A DNA stretch of 64,000 bases, taken from NCBI RefSeq assembly GCF_009914755.1, contig NC_060943.1. One strand, given 5' to 3'. Below are positions 27,773-41,884 of this stretch, piece after piece (the first letter of the stretch is position 1; every line of letters starts with the position of its first letter). A program made the position numbers and the translations under genes. The DNA comes from the human T2T-CHM13v2.0 reference genome, Homo sapiens. The notes under the pieces are model-generated. The model made no database searches and was not told where the DNA came from. It saw only the letters and a list, made by a program, of their open reading frames with translations.

Positions 27773-29688
27773 GCCATCACTTTGTGGTGTTTAGTAATTA
27801 TGACTATTTTCATGGCTTTTGGATTAAAGTTTAAATTCAATAGGAGAGATGAGCACACAGATCCAGATTATTTCAGAGCTCAATTTCAGAGCTAAAGGAA
27901 AAGATATGTGGTAATACACCTGTGGACGTTGCCAATGCAAAACAGTTGCATTATTTTGGTTTGGGATCAAGCCATATGTCTCCATACACAATGTATGTAG
28001 TGCCTAGGAGAGAGAAGAGTGCTTGGCCCAGTGATACATTGCAATCTCTTCTTGGTCAGAGCCCAAACATCACCTAAGTTCTAGGTCCAGCAATACATCA
28101 CAATACTTTCTGAGATGAAGACCAAAGCAGGAGAGCCACATCACCTAGGTAAGAGCCCTAGAGGTATGGCACAATGCCTTCTGTGGGTAAGGCTCAGGAA
28201 GAAGAGGAAAGTTACATAACCTAGGAGCTACAGCCAGCTATATGTCACAATCACCCCAAGGGGCAGGGACGATGCATGAGAGGAGGGTCACATAAAGTAG
28301 GTGCTGAGCAAAGCAATATGTAACAATCAGAGGAGAGTGTCATCTCCTACTTGCTGGACCATGAGATATGTTACAACATCCCCTTTGGGCAAATCCCAGG
28401 TAAGAGAAGAGATTTGCATCAATTAATTGATGGGCTAAGAGATACTTCGCAATGTCCCCTGTAGAAAGAGACTAGGAGAAATAAATAAGATTCCCTGTGT
28501 GCTGGGCCCAGGGATAAGTCACTTTTTCATCTGTGGGCATGGCCCAGGTAGGAGAGGAGAGTCATATCATTTAGATGCTGGGCACAGAGATATGTAACAA
28601 TCTCTTCTATAAGCAAAACCGTGGTAAGAAAAGAAAGACACATAAAATATTTTATGGACCCAGAGATATGTCACAATGCTCTCTCTTGACAGAGTCAAGG
28701 CAAGAATGTCACATCACCTTGGTCCTGGGCCCCGCTATAGGTCACAATGCCTTCTGAAGGCAGGGTCAAGGCAAATAAGTAACATCTTGGAGCTGGGTCC
28801 AGTATATATGTAACAGTCTCCCCTGTGGGCAGAACCTAGGAAGAAGAGAAGTGTCACATTAGCTAGGTGTTGAGCTCAGGGATATGTCACCATCCCTCCT
28901 GTGAGCAGAAACCAGGCAAGAGATGAGAGTACATTACCTGGGTGAGGAGTGCAGAGAGATGCCACAATCCCCACTTTAGGCTGGGCCCAGGCAGAAAAGT
29001 CACATCACCTGGGTGTTAAAATGAGCAATATTTCACAATGCCCCTTGTGGGCAGCACCAAGGTAGGAGAGAAAACTTACGTCACCTGAGTGCAAGTCCCA
29101 GCGATATGTCACTATGCCTTTTGTAAGAAGCACCAAGGCTTGAGAATAGAGTCATCTCATCTAGGTGCTGGGTCCAGCAATATATCATGATTCTATTTGT
29201 GAAGTGAGCCCAGGCAGGAGAGTCAAATCAGGTATTTGACAGGGGCATATGTCAAAATCACACCTTCAAAAAAATTCAGGGATGAGATTACCAATCCCTC
29301 ACATGTCCTGTTTCTAGGTCTGAGAGTCAACATGTCTTGTATGTTTGGTGAAGTACATGAGTCAAAATCTCAACTGTGAACTGGATCTGTGCAGCAGCTT
29401 CTCAATGTTTTTTGGGCATTATGCCCCTTAGATAAGTCATAACCAGCCATGTGTGCTAAATTTTGGTTTGAGGGTCACCAAATCCATGCATAACAAATCC
29501 ATGTATGAGAGTCAACATTGCAACTCTTGACTGCCTCTAGATATAAGATTTAAATCCTCAACAGTGGGCCACATTCATGTGAGAGGACAACAATCTTTAC
29601 TCTTGACTGTCTGCTTACTAGTGTTACAATCTCACCTTTGAGCTGGGCTCTGTTAGTACCTATCTGTACCACCCAAAGAATTTATGAG

Positions 29689-30042
29689 ATACATAGTTTG
29701 GCTCTATGTCCTCACCCAAATCTCATCTACAATTGTAATCTCCACGTGTCAGGGGAGGAAGGTAATTATATCATGGGGCAGTTTCCCCCATGCTGTTTTC
29801 ATGATAGTGAGTGAGTTCTCAGGAGATCTGATGGTTTTATAAGTGTTGGAAGTTCCTCCTTCATTCACTTTCTCTCTCCTGCCACCTTGTGAAGAAGGTC
29901 TCTGCTTCCCCTTCTGCCATGATAGCAAGTTTCCTGAGGCCTCCCCAGCCATGTGGAACTGTGAGCTAATTAAACCTCTTTTCTACATAAATTACCTGGT
30001 CTTGAGGAGTTCTTTATAGCAGTGTGAAAATGAACTAATACA
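29689..30042 (+). mobile_element. THE1 (THE1D-like) MaLR solo LTR
   Basis: GTTTGGCTCTATGTCCTCACCCAAATCTCATC...GAGATCTGATGGTTTTATAAG...ATTAAACCTC...ACTAATACA. Confidence 0.88.
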
Positions 30043-32484
30043 ATATGATATGCAAGAGAGTTGCAAACTGCATTAAGACCTTTATGCCGATATGAACACA
30101 TGATTGTACGTGTCACTCTAAGCTCAGGTGTGAGAGTTAACACCTCCCCAGTTGGCTGGGTCTAAATAGAAAAGGACTCATCTGCCTATAAGCTGGGTTT
30201 AGAAAGGGGTCACTATCCCATATGTGGCCAGATGTTCACATATGACTGACACAATTCCATCTATAGACTGTGTCTTCATGTGAGATTCAGGATCTCACCA
30301 GTGGGTTGCGTCCATGGGTGAGGATGACTATCTTAAGGATTGGCAGGGTGTGCATACCAGAAATACAATAGTTCCTGTGTCCTTGGACCTGTGATGATAC
30401 TCTCTGTACCACTTGAGGGCTTTATACAATATGCAAGAGAGAGGTAAACCTCTGTGACCTTTATACAAAGAAGACACCCAGGATCTTACCTTTTTCCCTA
30501 AGCCTAGCTATTACAGACATTATCTTTCTTATTGGCTAGTTCAAGGTATGAGAATGATCATCACACCTGTAAGCTGGGCCAAGATATATGTCACAATCCC
30601 TCCTATGGATTAGGAGTAAGCAGGAGAGTAACATTACCTGGATTTGGGGCCAGTTGTATGTGGCAATCTTCTCTAAGGGCTCAGTAATATGTCACAATGA
30701 TCTATGTATTCAAGACCCAGTCAAAAGGGCCTCATCACCTTGTTGTGGGGTCCAGTGATATGTCATAATCTTTTCTGTTAGGAGGGTCCAGGCAGAAAAG
30801 AAGTCACATTTCCTAGGTAGTGTATGCAGATATATGTCACAAGGCCCCCTATGGGGAGGGTCTAGGCAGGAGCCTCTTATTTTCTAGGTGTTGGACCCTG
30901 CATTATTTTGCAATACACCAAATATTTGGGGCCTGGGAGAAAGGAGTCACATCACATAGGTGCTGGGCCAAGTTATATGTTAAAAAATATGGTATAATAC
31001 CCCTGTGGGCAGGGATCATGCAGAAAAGTTGCATCTCATAGTTGTTAAGATAGGCCACATGTCACAATACACAATTTATGCTGAGCTCAGGCAGGAGAAA
31101 AGAATAACATTTACCTATGTGCTGGGCTAAGTGATACATCACAATACCTCCTTGGTCAGAGCCCACAAAATAGAAGAGAGTTACCTCACCTAGGTGCTGA
31201 GTCCATCAATATGTCACAATACTCACTGAGGAAAGGGCCAAAGAATAAGAATTCATTATTTTTGGCGAGGGGCCCAGAGCTATGTACCAATGCTCCTTGT
31301 AGGTAGGGCTTAGGAAAAAAGAAGAGAGTCACACAACCTGTCACGTAACCTAGACAGATGAGACCAGCTCTATGTCAAAATTAAAACGGGTGTAAGAGTC
31401 CGGGCATGAGAGGAGAATCACATCACATAAATGTTGGGTGAAAGAATATGTCACAATCTAGATAGTGGTGCCAGAGATATGTTGCAGTGACCCCTGTGGG
31501 CAATGAGCAGGCAGTAGAATCACATCACCTGTGTGTAGGGCCTAGTGATAATTCACTCTAACTTCTGTGGGCATAACACAGGCAAACAAGGAGAGTCACA
31601 ACACCTAGGTGCTGGTATCAGAGACATGTCACAATCTCTTCTAATGGCAAAGCCCAAGTAAGTGAGAAGAGTCACATCAAGTAGTTCATTAACTTAGAGA
31701 TATGTCACAATGCTCCCTGTGGGCAGGGTCCAGACAAGAGACTCACATCATCTTAGTGCTGAGCCCAGCAAAATATCACAAAGCTTTCTGAAGTAAGGAC
31801 CAAGGCAACAGTGTAACATCACCTTACTGTTGGGTCCAGAGACATGTCACAACCTCTCCTGCAGACAGAACCTAAAACGAATAGAAGAGTCACATCAACT
31901 CAATGCTGGGCCCAATGTTGAGTCACAATATTTCCCATGAGCAGAGATCAGGCAGAAGTGAGTCATATCATGTGGGTAATGGGTGCAGAGATGTCACAGT
32001 GCCTCCTGTAGGCAGGGATCAGGCAGGAGAGTTACATCACCTGGGTTTTGGACACAGTAATATATCACAATGGGCCATTTGGGCAGTGTACAGGCAGGAG
32101 AATCACATAACCTGGGTGTGGGGCCCAGTGATATGTCACAATGCCTTCTGTGCACAGTGACAAAAGAGAAGGGTAGACTCACATTAACTGAATATAAGGC
32201 CTAGTGACAGTGATATGTCAAAATGCTGTCTGTGGGCAGTGCCAAGGCAGTGGACTAGAGTCTCATCATGAAGGTACTGGGTTTAGCAATATGTCAAAAT
32301 TCCATCTGTGTGTTGGGCACAGGCAGAAGGGTCAAAGCACTTAGTTGCTGGACAGAGGTGTACGTCACACAATCTCACATGCAGAACGATACAGGGATAA
32401 GATTAAAATTCTTGCGCATGACCCATTTCTAAGTATGGGAGTCAACATCTCTATGTTGGGTCTAAGTACATGAGTCACAATCTC

Positions 32485-32798
32485 TTTTTTTTTTCTTTTC
32501 TTTTTTTTTTTTTTTTGAGATGGGATGTCTCTCTGTTGCCCAGGCTGGAGTGCAGTGGCATGATCTCAGCTTTCGGCAACCTCCACCTCCCAGGTTCATG
32601 CGATTCTCCTGTATCAGCCTCCTGAGTAGCTGGGACTACAGGTGCACGCCACCACACCAGGTTAATCTTTGTATTTTTAGTAGAGAGGGGGTTTTGCCAT
32701 ATTGGTCATGCTGGTCTCAAACTCCTGACCTCAGGTGATCTACCCGCCTCAGCCTCCCAAAGTGTTAGGATTACAGGCATGAGCCACCACACCTGGCC
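32485..32798 (-). mobile_element. Alu (AluSx-like) inside beta satellite
   Basis: Full dimer; TSD AGTCACAATCT. Confidence 0.95.
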
Positions 32799-35700
32799 AA
32801 GTCACAATCTTAATGGACTAGGTCTTTGCATGAGAAGCTCACTTTCTTCTGTGCACTATGCCTCCTTAGTAGAGTCGCAGCCTCACAGGTGTGCTGAATC
32901 TTGGTCTGAGAGTCAGCAACCCACTTGTGGACTGGATCTACTTGTAAGAACAACTTTTTCAAGTTTCGATTATCTCCAAATGTGACATTCAGAACCTCAA
33001 AAGTTGGCCGTGTTCATGTGGCAGTATGACAATCTTTATTGTCAACTGGATGTGCATACAAGTGTTAAAATCTCACCTGGGCTGTGCCTTGTCAGGAAAC
33101 TCTTTGTAGCACCTGAGGTCTTTATGCATGAGAGTCTCAATATGATCAGAGGCCTCCCTGCTGGTGGGAGCCATGGTTATAATTTTTACCAAACCTCTTT
33201 GAGAGTCAACTTCTCTCCAATTGGGTGGGTCCAAATAAAAGTTTCCTTACCTACCAATGAACTAGGTTTAGAAATGAGTTACCATCAACTGTAGCATATG
33301 ACAGAAACAATTCCAGCTGTGGACTATGTCAACCTGTGAGATTCAGGATCTCACCTGCAGGCTCTGTCCACGTGGAAGGGTGAAAATCCTGATGGATAGT
33401 AGGCTGAGAAACACAAACTCATTTGGATGCTGGGGTCTGTGATGGCATTTTGTTCCACACTAGGGCTTTATATAGTGTGTGAGAAAGTGGCAATTTTCTA
33501 TACCTTCATACAAAGAAGAGACATGGGATCTTGCCCATTTCTCTAATCCCAGCTAAAACAGACAGTAACTTTTCTATTGGCTGGTGTGTGGTATGAGAGT
33601 CGCCATTCCAACTGCTGGCTGGACCAAGATATATGTCACAGTCTTACCTGTAGGTAGGAAGCAAACATGAGGGTCACATCACCTGTGTTCTGGGCCAGGA
33701 ATATATCACAATATTCCCTGACACAAGGGACCAGGCAGAAGAGTCACATCACCTGGGTATTCAGCCAGGAATATGTTACAATCCCCTCCTGAAAGCAGGG
33801 TGCAGGCTGCAGAGTCACATCACCTCTTTAATGGGCCCAGCTTTGTGTCAAAATTCTTTCTGTGGGCAAGGCCCAATTACAAGAGACTCATCATCTGTTT
33901 GCTTAGGCCAGCAATATGTCACAGTCTTTCCTGTAGGCAGTGTGCAGGCACAAGAAGACAGCCACATCAGAGATATGTCACCAGGTCCACTGTGGACGGC
34001 CCCAGGCAGGAGCCTTCCATTTTCTAGGTATTGGGCCCAGCGATATGTCATGATACTCAAAACATGTGGGGACCAGGCAAAAAAAAAAAAAAAAAGAGAG
34101 AGAGAGACTCACCTCACCTTGATGCTGGGTCAAGTGATGTGTCACAGTCTTCTCTGGCAGGTCCCAGGCAACAAAAATGTGTCACATCTCCTAGGTACTG
34201 AACAAAGAGTATCATCTAATACCCCTGTCTTCAGGGCTCATGAAGAAGGGTCACATCACCTACTTGTTGGGTGCAGCCATATATTACTATACACAATGAA
34301 TGCTGGGCCCATGCAGGAGAAGAGAGTAACATCCCCTAGGTGCTGCGTCCAGGTATACATCGCAATGGCTCCTTGAGCAGAGCCCAAGAAGTAGAGAAGA
34401 GTCACATTACTTAGGTGCCAGGTACAACAATTTTTCACAATACTTCCAGAAAGGCCTAGGCAGAAGTGTCACATCATCTTGGTGAGGTGACAAGAAATAT
34501 GGGGCAATGACCCTGGTGGGTAGGGCTAGAAAAAAAGAGATGCATCACATAATGTAGGGTCAGTGCTCATTTATCTGTCACAGTCTCACCAGTGGGCAGG
34601 GCTCAGGCAAGAGTGGAGAGTAATATTATGTAGGTACTGCAGCAAGCAGTATGTCACAATTTCTACCGTGGACAGGTCCAAGACAGAAAACGAGAATCAA
34701 ATCACATAGGTCATGGGCCCAGAAATATGTCACAGTGGCCCTTGTGAGCAACAACCAGGCAAAAGAATGACATTGCTTGTGTGCTGGGCCCAGTGATAAT
34801 TCATTATTCCTTCTGTGGGTCTGGCACAGGGAAGAGGAGAGTTACAACACCTAGCTGTTTGGCCCAGAAATATGTCACTATCTCTTCTATGTCACTATCT
34901 CTTCAAAGTCCACATAAAACAGCAGAGTCACATCACATAATTGATGCAGCCACAGATATGTCATAATGCCTTCTGTTGGCAGGGCCCATTCAAGAGAGTC
35001 ATAACATCTAGATGTTGGACCCAGCCATATGTCATAACACAGAATGTATTCCAGGCTTAGGCAAGAAATGATAGTCACATCAGTTAGGTCTTGGACCCAT
35101 GGAAACATTAAAATTTTTTATTGAGCAAAGGCTAAGTAGCAGAGGAGAGTCACACCTCCTAGGCTTTAGGTCCAGCAATATCTTGCAATGACCCCTAAGA
35201 GGATGACCCAGGTAAAAGGGTAACATCATCTATGTGAGAGGTCTAGAAATATGTCCCAATCTCTGTGTGGGTAAAGAACAAAATGAAGAGGGAAGTTATA
35301 TAACCTAATAGGTGGGCTGATCTATGTGTCCCAATCACTCTAGTGGCAAGAGCTCAAACATGGAAGGAGAGTCACACACATAGGTGCCGAATATTTTGCA
35401 ATACAGAATGTGTGCAGAGCCCAGAAAGGAGAGGACAGTCACATCACCTAGGTGTTGTGCCCAGCAATACATTGCAATCTCTTTTAGGGCAAAGCCCAAA
35501 CAGTAGAGGTAATCCTTGTTGCTGGACCCAAAAATATGGCATAACACACCCTGAAAAAGGGCCCAGGCAGAAGAATCACATCGCCTCAGGAGGGTTCCAG
35601 GAATATGTCAAAAGGCCTACTGTGGGTAAGGCTCAGGAAGAAGAGAAGAGAAAAGTAACCTAGGGGCTGGGGCCAGCCATATGTTACAACAACCTCAGTG

Positions 35701-38700
35701 AGCAGGGCCCAGGCATGAGAGGAGGGTCACATAATGTAGATGATGTGCCAAGTGATATGTCATAACTCACACTGTGGACAGGTCTCTAGAAATAAAGGTG
35801 AGTCACATAATCTGGTTGATGGTCACAGAGATACATCACAATGTATTTATCTCTTGTCCTCATGGGCAGGAACCAGGCAGAAGAATCACATCTCCTCTGG
35901 GCTGTGTCCAGGGATAATTTACTCTCCCTTCTGTGACCAGAGCCCAGGAAGAAAAGGAGAGTCACATTATCTAGTTGGTGGGGCCAGAGATATGTCACAA
36001 TGTCACCTGTTGGCAAATATGAAGTAAGAGAGGAGAGTAACATCAAATAGATGATGGGTCCAGAAATATGTCACAATTCCCCCTGTAGGCAGAATCTAGG
36101 CAGGAGACTCACATCACCTGGGTTTTAGACCTAGAAATATGTCACAAGATGCAATTTGGGCAATGCCAAGACAGAAGAATAAAAAACATATACCCTAGGT
36201 GCTAGGTGCAGAAGTATGTAACAATTCCATGTGACCTTCCTGGACCTAACACATAGGGTATATGTCTTTATTGTGACATCCTTACTCAGGTGCTTGGAAG
36301 AAGTGTATGTCACAATCAGAGCTGCAGGTAGGTTCAAGGATAAGACTAAAAATCCTACACATGTCCCTATTTGGGTATGAGAGCAAACACCTCTTCTATG
36401 TTGGGTCTGAGTACAAAATTCACAATATCAACAGTGGACTGAATTTGTTCATGAGAACTTCAATCCCTTCTGTGGACCGTATCTTATTCATGGAGTAATA
36501 GCCTCATAGGTGAGTTGAATCTTAGTCTGAAATACACCAACCCACCTGTGAATTACATCGTAGTATGAGTCAATTATCCAACTTATAACTTCCTCCTAAT
36601 GTGAGATTCAGAACCTCAGCAGTAAACTGAATTCACAAATGCAAGAATGAAAATCTTTACTAAGAGCTTTGTGTGCATAAGAGTGTCACAATCTCACCTG
36701 GGCTAGAGATATATTACAATCCCCTCCTGAAAGCAGGTCACGGACAGCAAAGTCACCTCACCTTGATGCTGAGCCAGCAGTAAATTACAATGTTCTCTGT
36801 TAGCAAGGAACATGAAGGAGAGACACATCACCTGGGCTTTTGGGCCCAGTAATATCTCACAATCTCCCCTGAGGGAAGAACATACAAAGAAGAAGAGTCA
36901 CGTCAGCCAGGTGTTGCGTTAGTCATAGGTAACAATACCCCCTGTGAGCAGGAACCAGGCAGGGAAGTGAGTCCCAAAAATGTCCCCTTTAGGCAGTGCC
37001 AAGGCAGGATAATAGAGTCACATAACCTAGGTGCTGGATCCAACAATAAGTCACAATCCTGTACGTGGGCTGGGCCCAGACTATAGGTCAAATCACTCAG
37101 GTGCTGGCCAGAGGCATATATCACATTTACACCTGCAGGAAGGTCATAAAATGATATTTACAATCCAGCACATGTCCTGTTTCTAAGTATGTGAGTTAAC
37201 ACCTCATGTATCTTAGATGTAAGTACCTGAGTTAATCTCAACAATAAACTGTATCTGTGCATGAGAGGCACAATCCTTCCTGTGTGCTGTTTTATCTGAG
37301 TGAAGTTACAGCCTCACAGGTGAGCTGAATATTGGTCTTAGAGTCACCAACCTTGTGGACCAGATTCACATATAAAAGTCAATTTTCCAATGTTTGACAG
37401 CTTTGGGTTGTGAAATCCAGAGCCTTAACAATGGGCTGTGTTCATGTGGGAAGATGACAATCTTTTCTGTCGACTTGGTGAGTGTCACAATCTCACCTAT
37501 GTATCGCCCTAGGGCTTTATACCTGATGCATGAGATTCTCAATCTTCTCTGAGACATTTATGCTGGTATGGATCATGATTGTACCTGTGGCCTTAAGTCC
37601 AAGCATGAGAATCAACATCTCTCCAATTAGCCGAGTCCAGAATGAAGAATCTTCACCTTCCTATGAGCTGAGATTAAAATGAGTCATCATCCCAACTGTG
37701 CTTACATGTTTACATATGATAGTCACAATCTCAACTGTGGACTGTGTCTGCATGTAAGATTCAGGACCTCAATAATGGGCTTTGTTTAAGTGAGAAAATG
37801 ATGAGAAATACAACCTCTCCTATGTCTTGAGCCCTGTGTTGACACTCTCTGTACCACCCAAGGACTTTCTATGAAATGTGAGACAGTGGTATTTCTCTAT
37901 GACTTTCATAGAAAAATGAGACCTAGGATTTGACACGTTTTCCTAAGACAGACAGTATTCTCATATTGGCTGACTCAAGTTATGAGAGTAATTATGACAC
38001 CTGTAAACTGAATTAAGATATATGTGACAACCCCACAACTGGGTAAGGAGGGAGTGAGCAGGAGAATCACACCATCTGGGTGCTGTGTCAGAGATATTTA
38101 CAACCTTCTCTGAGGGCAGTGACCAGGAAAGAGAGTCACACCATGTTGTTGCTGGGCTAGGGTTATGTCATAATTTTTCATGAGAGTAGGCAACAGGCAA
38201 CAGAGTCACAGCACCTGTGTTTTTAGTTATGATATGTTATAATCCCATCCTGAAAGCAGGACTAAGGCATCAGAGTCCCTTCACCTTGTTGCCGGGCCTA
38301 ACGATATGTCATAATGTCTCTGTGGCTAGGCTGAGTCAGCAAAGGCACATTACCTAGTGCTGGCTCCAGTAATGTGTCACAGTGCTTTTGGCATGGCCCA
38401 GGCAGAAGAGGAAATTTGAAATACCTAGGTGATGAAGAAAAAGACACATCTTAATAACCTTGTGGGTAGGACCTATGCAGGAGAGTCATATCACCTAGGT
38501 GTTGGACCCAGCCATATTTTACAATGCACAATATACGTGGGGGCCAGGCAGGAGAGGAGAGTTTCATCACATGCTCACTGGGCTCAGTAATATATCCCCA
38601 TCTTCCCTGTGCACAAGGTGCCAGCAGAAGAGGAGAGTCACATTTCCTAAGTGATAGATGTAGAGATATGTCACAGGTCTCCTATGGGCAGGACCCAGGC

Positions 38701-39596
38701 AGGAACCTTTTATTTTCTAGATGTTTAGTGCAAAAATATGTCATAAAGCCTTAAATATCCAGGGGCCAGGCAAAAGAGGAGTGTCATGTTACCTAGAATC
38801 TGTGTCCAGTAGTATGTCACAACCCCTCATTTTTTGTAAGACCCAGGCAGAAGAGGAGAGACACATCACATAGGTAATAGACATAAAAAATATATTAAAA
38901 TGCCTTTGTGAGCAGGGCTTATGTGAGATAGTAGTTATCACCTAGGCGTGACAACATGCAATATGTCACAACACACAATGTATGCAGGGCCCAGGCAGGA
39001 GAGGAGAGTCACATCACCAAGGTGCAGGGCACATCAACACATAAAAATTCCTTATTGGACAGAGTCCAAGATGTTGAGAAAGTTGCATCACCTAAATGCT
39101 TGGTCCAACAATATATCACAATACCCTCTGAGTGAAGGCCCCAGGCAGGAGAGTGAGTCACATCACCTAGCTAAGAGACCCAGAGATATGTAACGATGCT
39201 TTTTCTGACAAAGGTCCAGGCAAAAGAAACACATTATCTGGTTTCTGGATCAAATGATATGTCACAATTCTTTCTGTGGTCAGGGTGCAGGCAGAGATGA
39301 GGAGTCACATTTTCTAGGTGATATGTCACAATGCCTACTGTGGGGAGGGTCCAAGCAAGAAACTCAAATCACCTTGGTAATAGTCCAAGCAATTTTTAAT
39401 AGTGCCTTTAGAAGGCAGGACTAAGGCTAAAAGTGACATCACCTTTGTGTTGAGTCCAGCAATGTGTCACAATGCTTCCTACAAACATCACCAAGGCAGA
39501 ACAGGAGACTCATATCACCTGGGGGCAAGGCCTACCTGTATGTCACAATGCCCCTGTGGATTTTGGTAATGAAAAAGAGGAGAGTCACATCACCTA

Positions 39597-41882
39597 GCTG
39601 AACTCATTGTCTTTTTTCCAGCTTAAACTTTCTAAAAGCTTAGCAGTGTTCTCTCCAAAACACAGAGCTGCTCACATTACAGCCCAGCTCCAAAACGTTT
39701 GATGGCTCATAACAGCCTACACAGCTGAGCCAACATCCATTTTCCTAAGGCGAACTCCTGTTATCATATCAACGCTACACCACCCCGCTAAACTATATTC
39801 TCTTGTCACACTCTACTTCTTGTCCTACCCTGTGCTCAAATAAGCCTCATATTTTAATACTTCAAGTCCTGTACTTAAACTGCTTTTTTGCCCAAATTTA
39901 CATTTCTTCTTTCCCACGTTCTTCTTCTACACATGGAAAACCTGCACATTTGAGGGTATCACCTTTTCTTTCCACTGCAACTTCTCACTTGCCAGTTCTC
40001 CACGTGTTCTTGCTGGTTGTGAGGCACTGGTGAATTTTAGAACCAGAACCATATTACATCTATCTTTGTAGTTCTAGAGCCTGGTACCAGGTGTAGGTGT
40101 CAAAAAATGGTTCCCAATGCAAGCTTGCTGAAAGTGATATTGAAGAGATGAGAAAAGAAAGGAGCCAGAATGCTGGTCTACTAATCCAGATTGCTTTCCA
40201 ATATTGTTTTGTTGAAACTCTCCCAATGTCATGAGAAAAATAACAATGATAATAATAATACTAGTAGTAAATACAGAAGATAAGTCAGTTAAAATTGAGC
40301 TGGTAGCATGCATGACTTCAATTCTCTGTTTATTCCTAGTTTTGAAATAGTCCTTATCCACAGATAGGAAAAAACTGGAAACAGAACCTCAAGTGCCTAT
40401 CACAAGGCAAGATTTGCCAATTTCATAACTTGCTCAGGCACCCTCATAAAAGAATCTAGGCATGCTGATGACCCCATCTCAAACATTCAAAAAAGACAGA
40501 AGGTTTTTCTCTCACTGTCCTCCAGTACATGTAGCTCCTCCTGCTTAAAAAGCAAAACAACAAAGAAATAATACCTCCCAGAGGCTATCACAGTTGATCT
40601 TGGACAAATCTTTAGATTAAATTAGTAGTCAAGTCAATTCAATTGTTGCCCTTACTTGGCTCCTATCATATGTTATGAACTTCTTAGGATCAACCCAATG
40701 CAAATTCTGAGGCAAAACCTTGAGTTTCTATATTATGTAAGTGACAATAACCTATTATAACAAACCAATAGACCTGTTTTCACAGTGTTGGGCCTACCCA
40801 AAGCAAAACTAAATTTCCCAAACACTTATGAGTTTACAGTTTCAAATCTCTTCAAAAGTAGGTTTCATATGAGTCTTTGGACAGGGCTCAGCACTTTCAG
40901 TGAGGTTAAAAGTGGGTGTCCACACAAAAGGTTTCAAGAGATAAGAAAGTCTCCCACTACCCACCACACAGAAGACCAGCAGAATCACAGAGTCCATGCC
41001 CATTCTTTTTCACCTGTGGGAATATTTCCCACCATGTGAAAGACCACCACTTTTTCACATACTATTCTTTCCAATGAGAACATGGTAAAAATTTGATACT
41101 TGGCAGGTTTTGTTCAGGGTTTCACTCTACTTTTTCACTGGGTCTCAGTCTGCCAGCATTCTGCTTTAGTGTCTTGTTGAACCCCCCCTCTTTAAGGGCA
41201 CACAAATCCAAATCAGTCAGTTCATGCACTAACATGACCTCTGCAAGCCCCTCAGTCCACAGAACAGGAATCTCCATTCCTGACCATCACAGGAGGGAAG
41301 TTCTAACTTACATTGTCAAATATTAGCTAAAATTAGCTGTTGAATAGGTAAGCTGTGATTTATTTCTGGAAACCAGAACCCTGTCCTGGCACATTTATAC
41401 TTTTTCCTTGGTGTGCCCATCTTTTCCCTTGATATGCCTAACAGGAAGAACTCTGCACACAGGAGGTTTTCAGTTAGTATTTTTTTGGTGAACGAATCAT
41501 GTCTCTATGGTAGGTAGTCTGTCAGGGGTCAGAAGCACAGCCCTGAAGACAAACTTAACAGTTTGCATTGTAATAGCTGGCCCACTATCTGGGTCCCTAT
41601 TTTCTCATGTAAATCCTGAGGATAATAATTACTTCTACACCCCTCTGTCATAGAATTATAATGAATGAAAAAAGTGATGCTTAAAAAAAATTAGGATGCT
41701 GGCAGCTATTGCTCAATAATTGTTAGACCTTATGACTTCTGCTCTTACTGCTATCATGCTGAGTGTGTTTCTATGTAAAAAACTAACAACGAACAAAGTG
41801 GGAAAATTAAGTTACAGCTTTTGATTATTGACTTACCAGATTGGATTCCTATCGATTAATAGGTCTAGCACAGGTAGAAGAG
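39597..41882 (+). repeat. Segmental duplication copy B (paralog of 1536-4164) embedded in beta satellite
   Basis: Collinear with copy A; lacks the Alu and the 40-bp duplication. Confidence 0.93.
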
Positions 41883-41884
41883 GG

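Larger units (their letters stand above)
27900..39596 (+). repeat. Beta satellite (BSR, ~68-bp Sau3A family), divergent and complex
   Basis: Recurrent GATATGTCACAATG.CCCTGTGGGCAG...CCAGGCAGGAGAGTCACATCACCTAGGTG at ~68-72 bp spacing. Confidence 0.93.

Noticed and set aside
25241-27895. Long ORFs (up to 306 aa; E/R/K/G-rich or S/P/L/F-rich)
   Set aside because: By-product of the GA tract, which rarely forms stop codons; no domain content.
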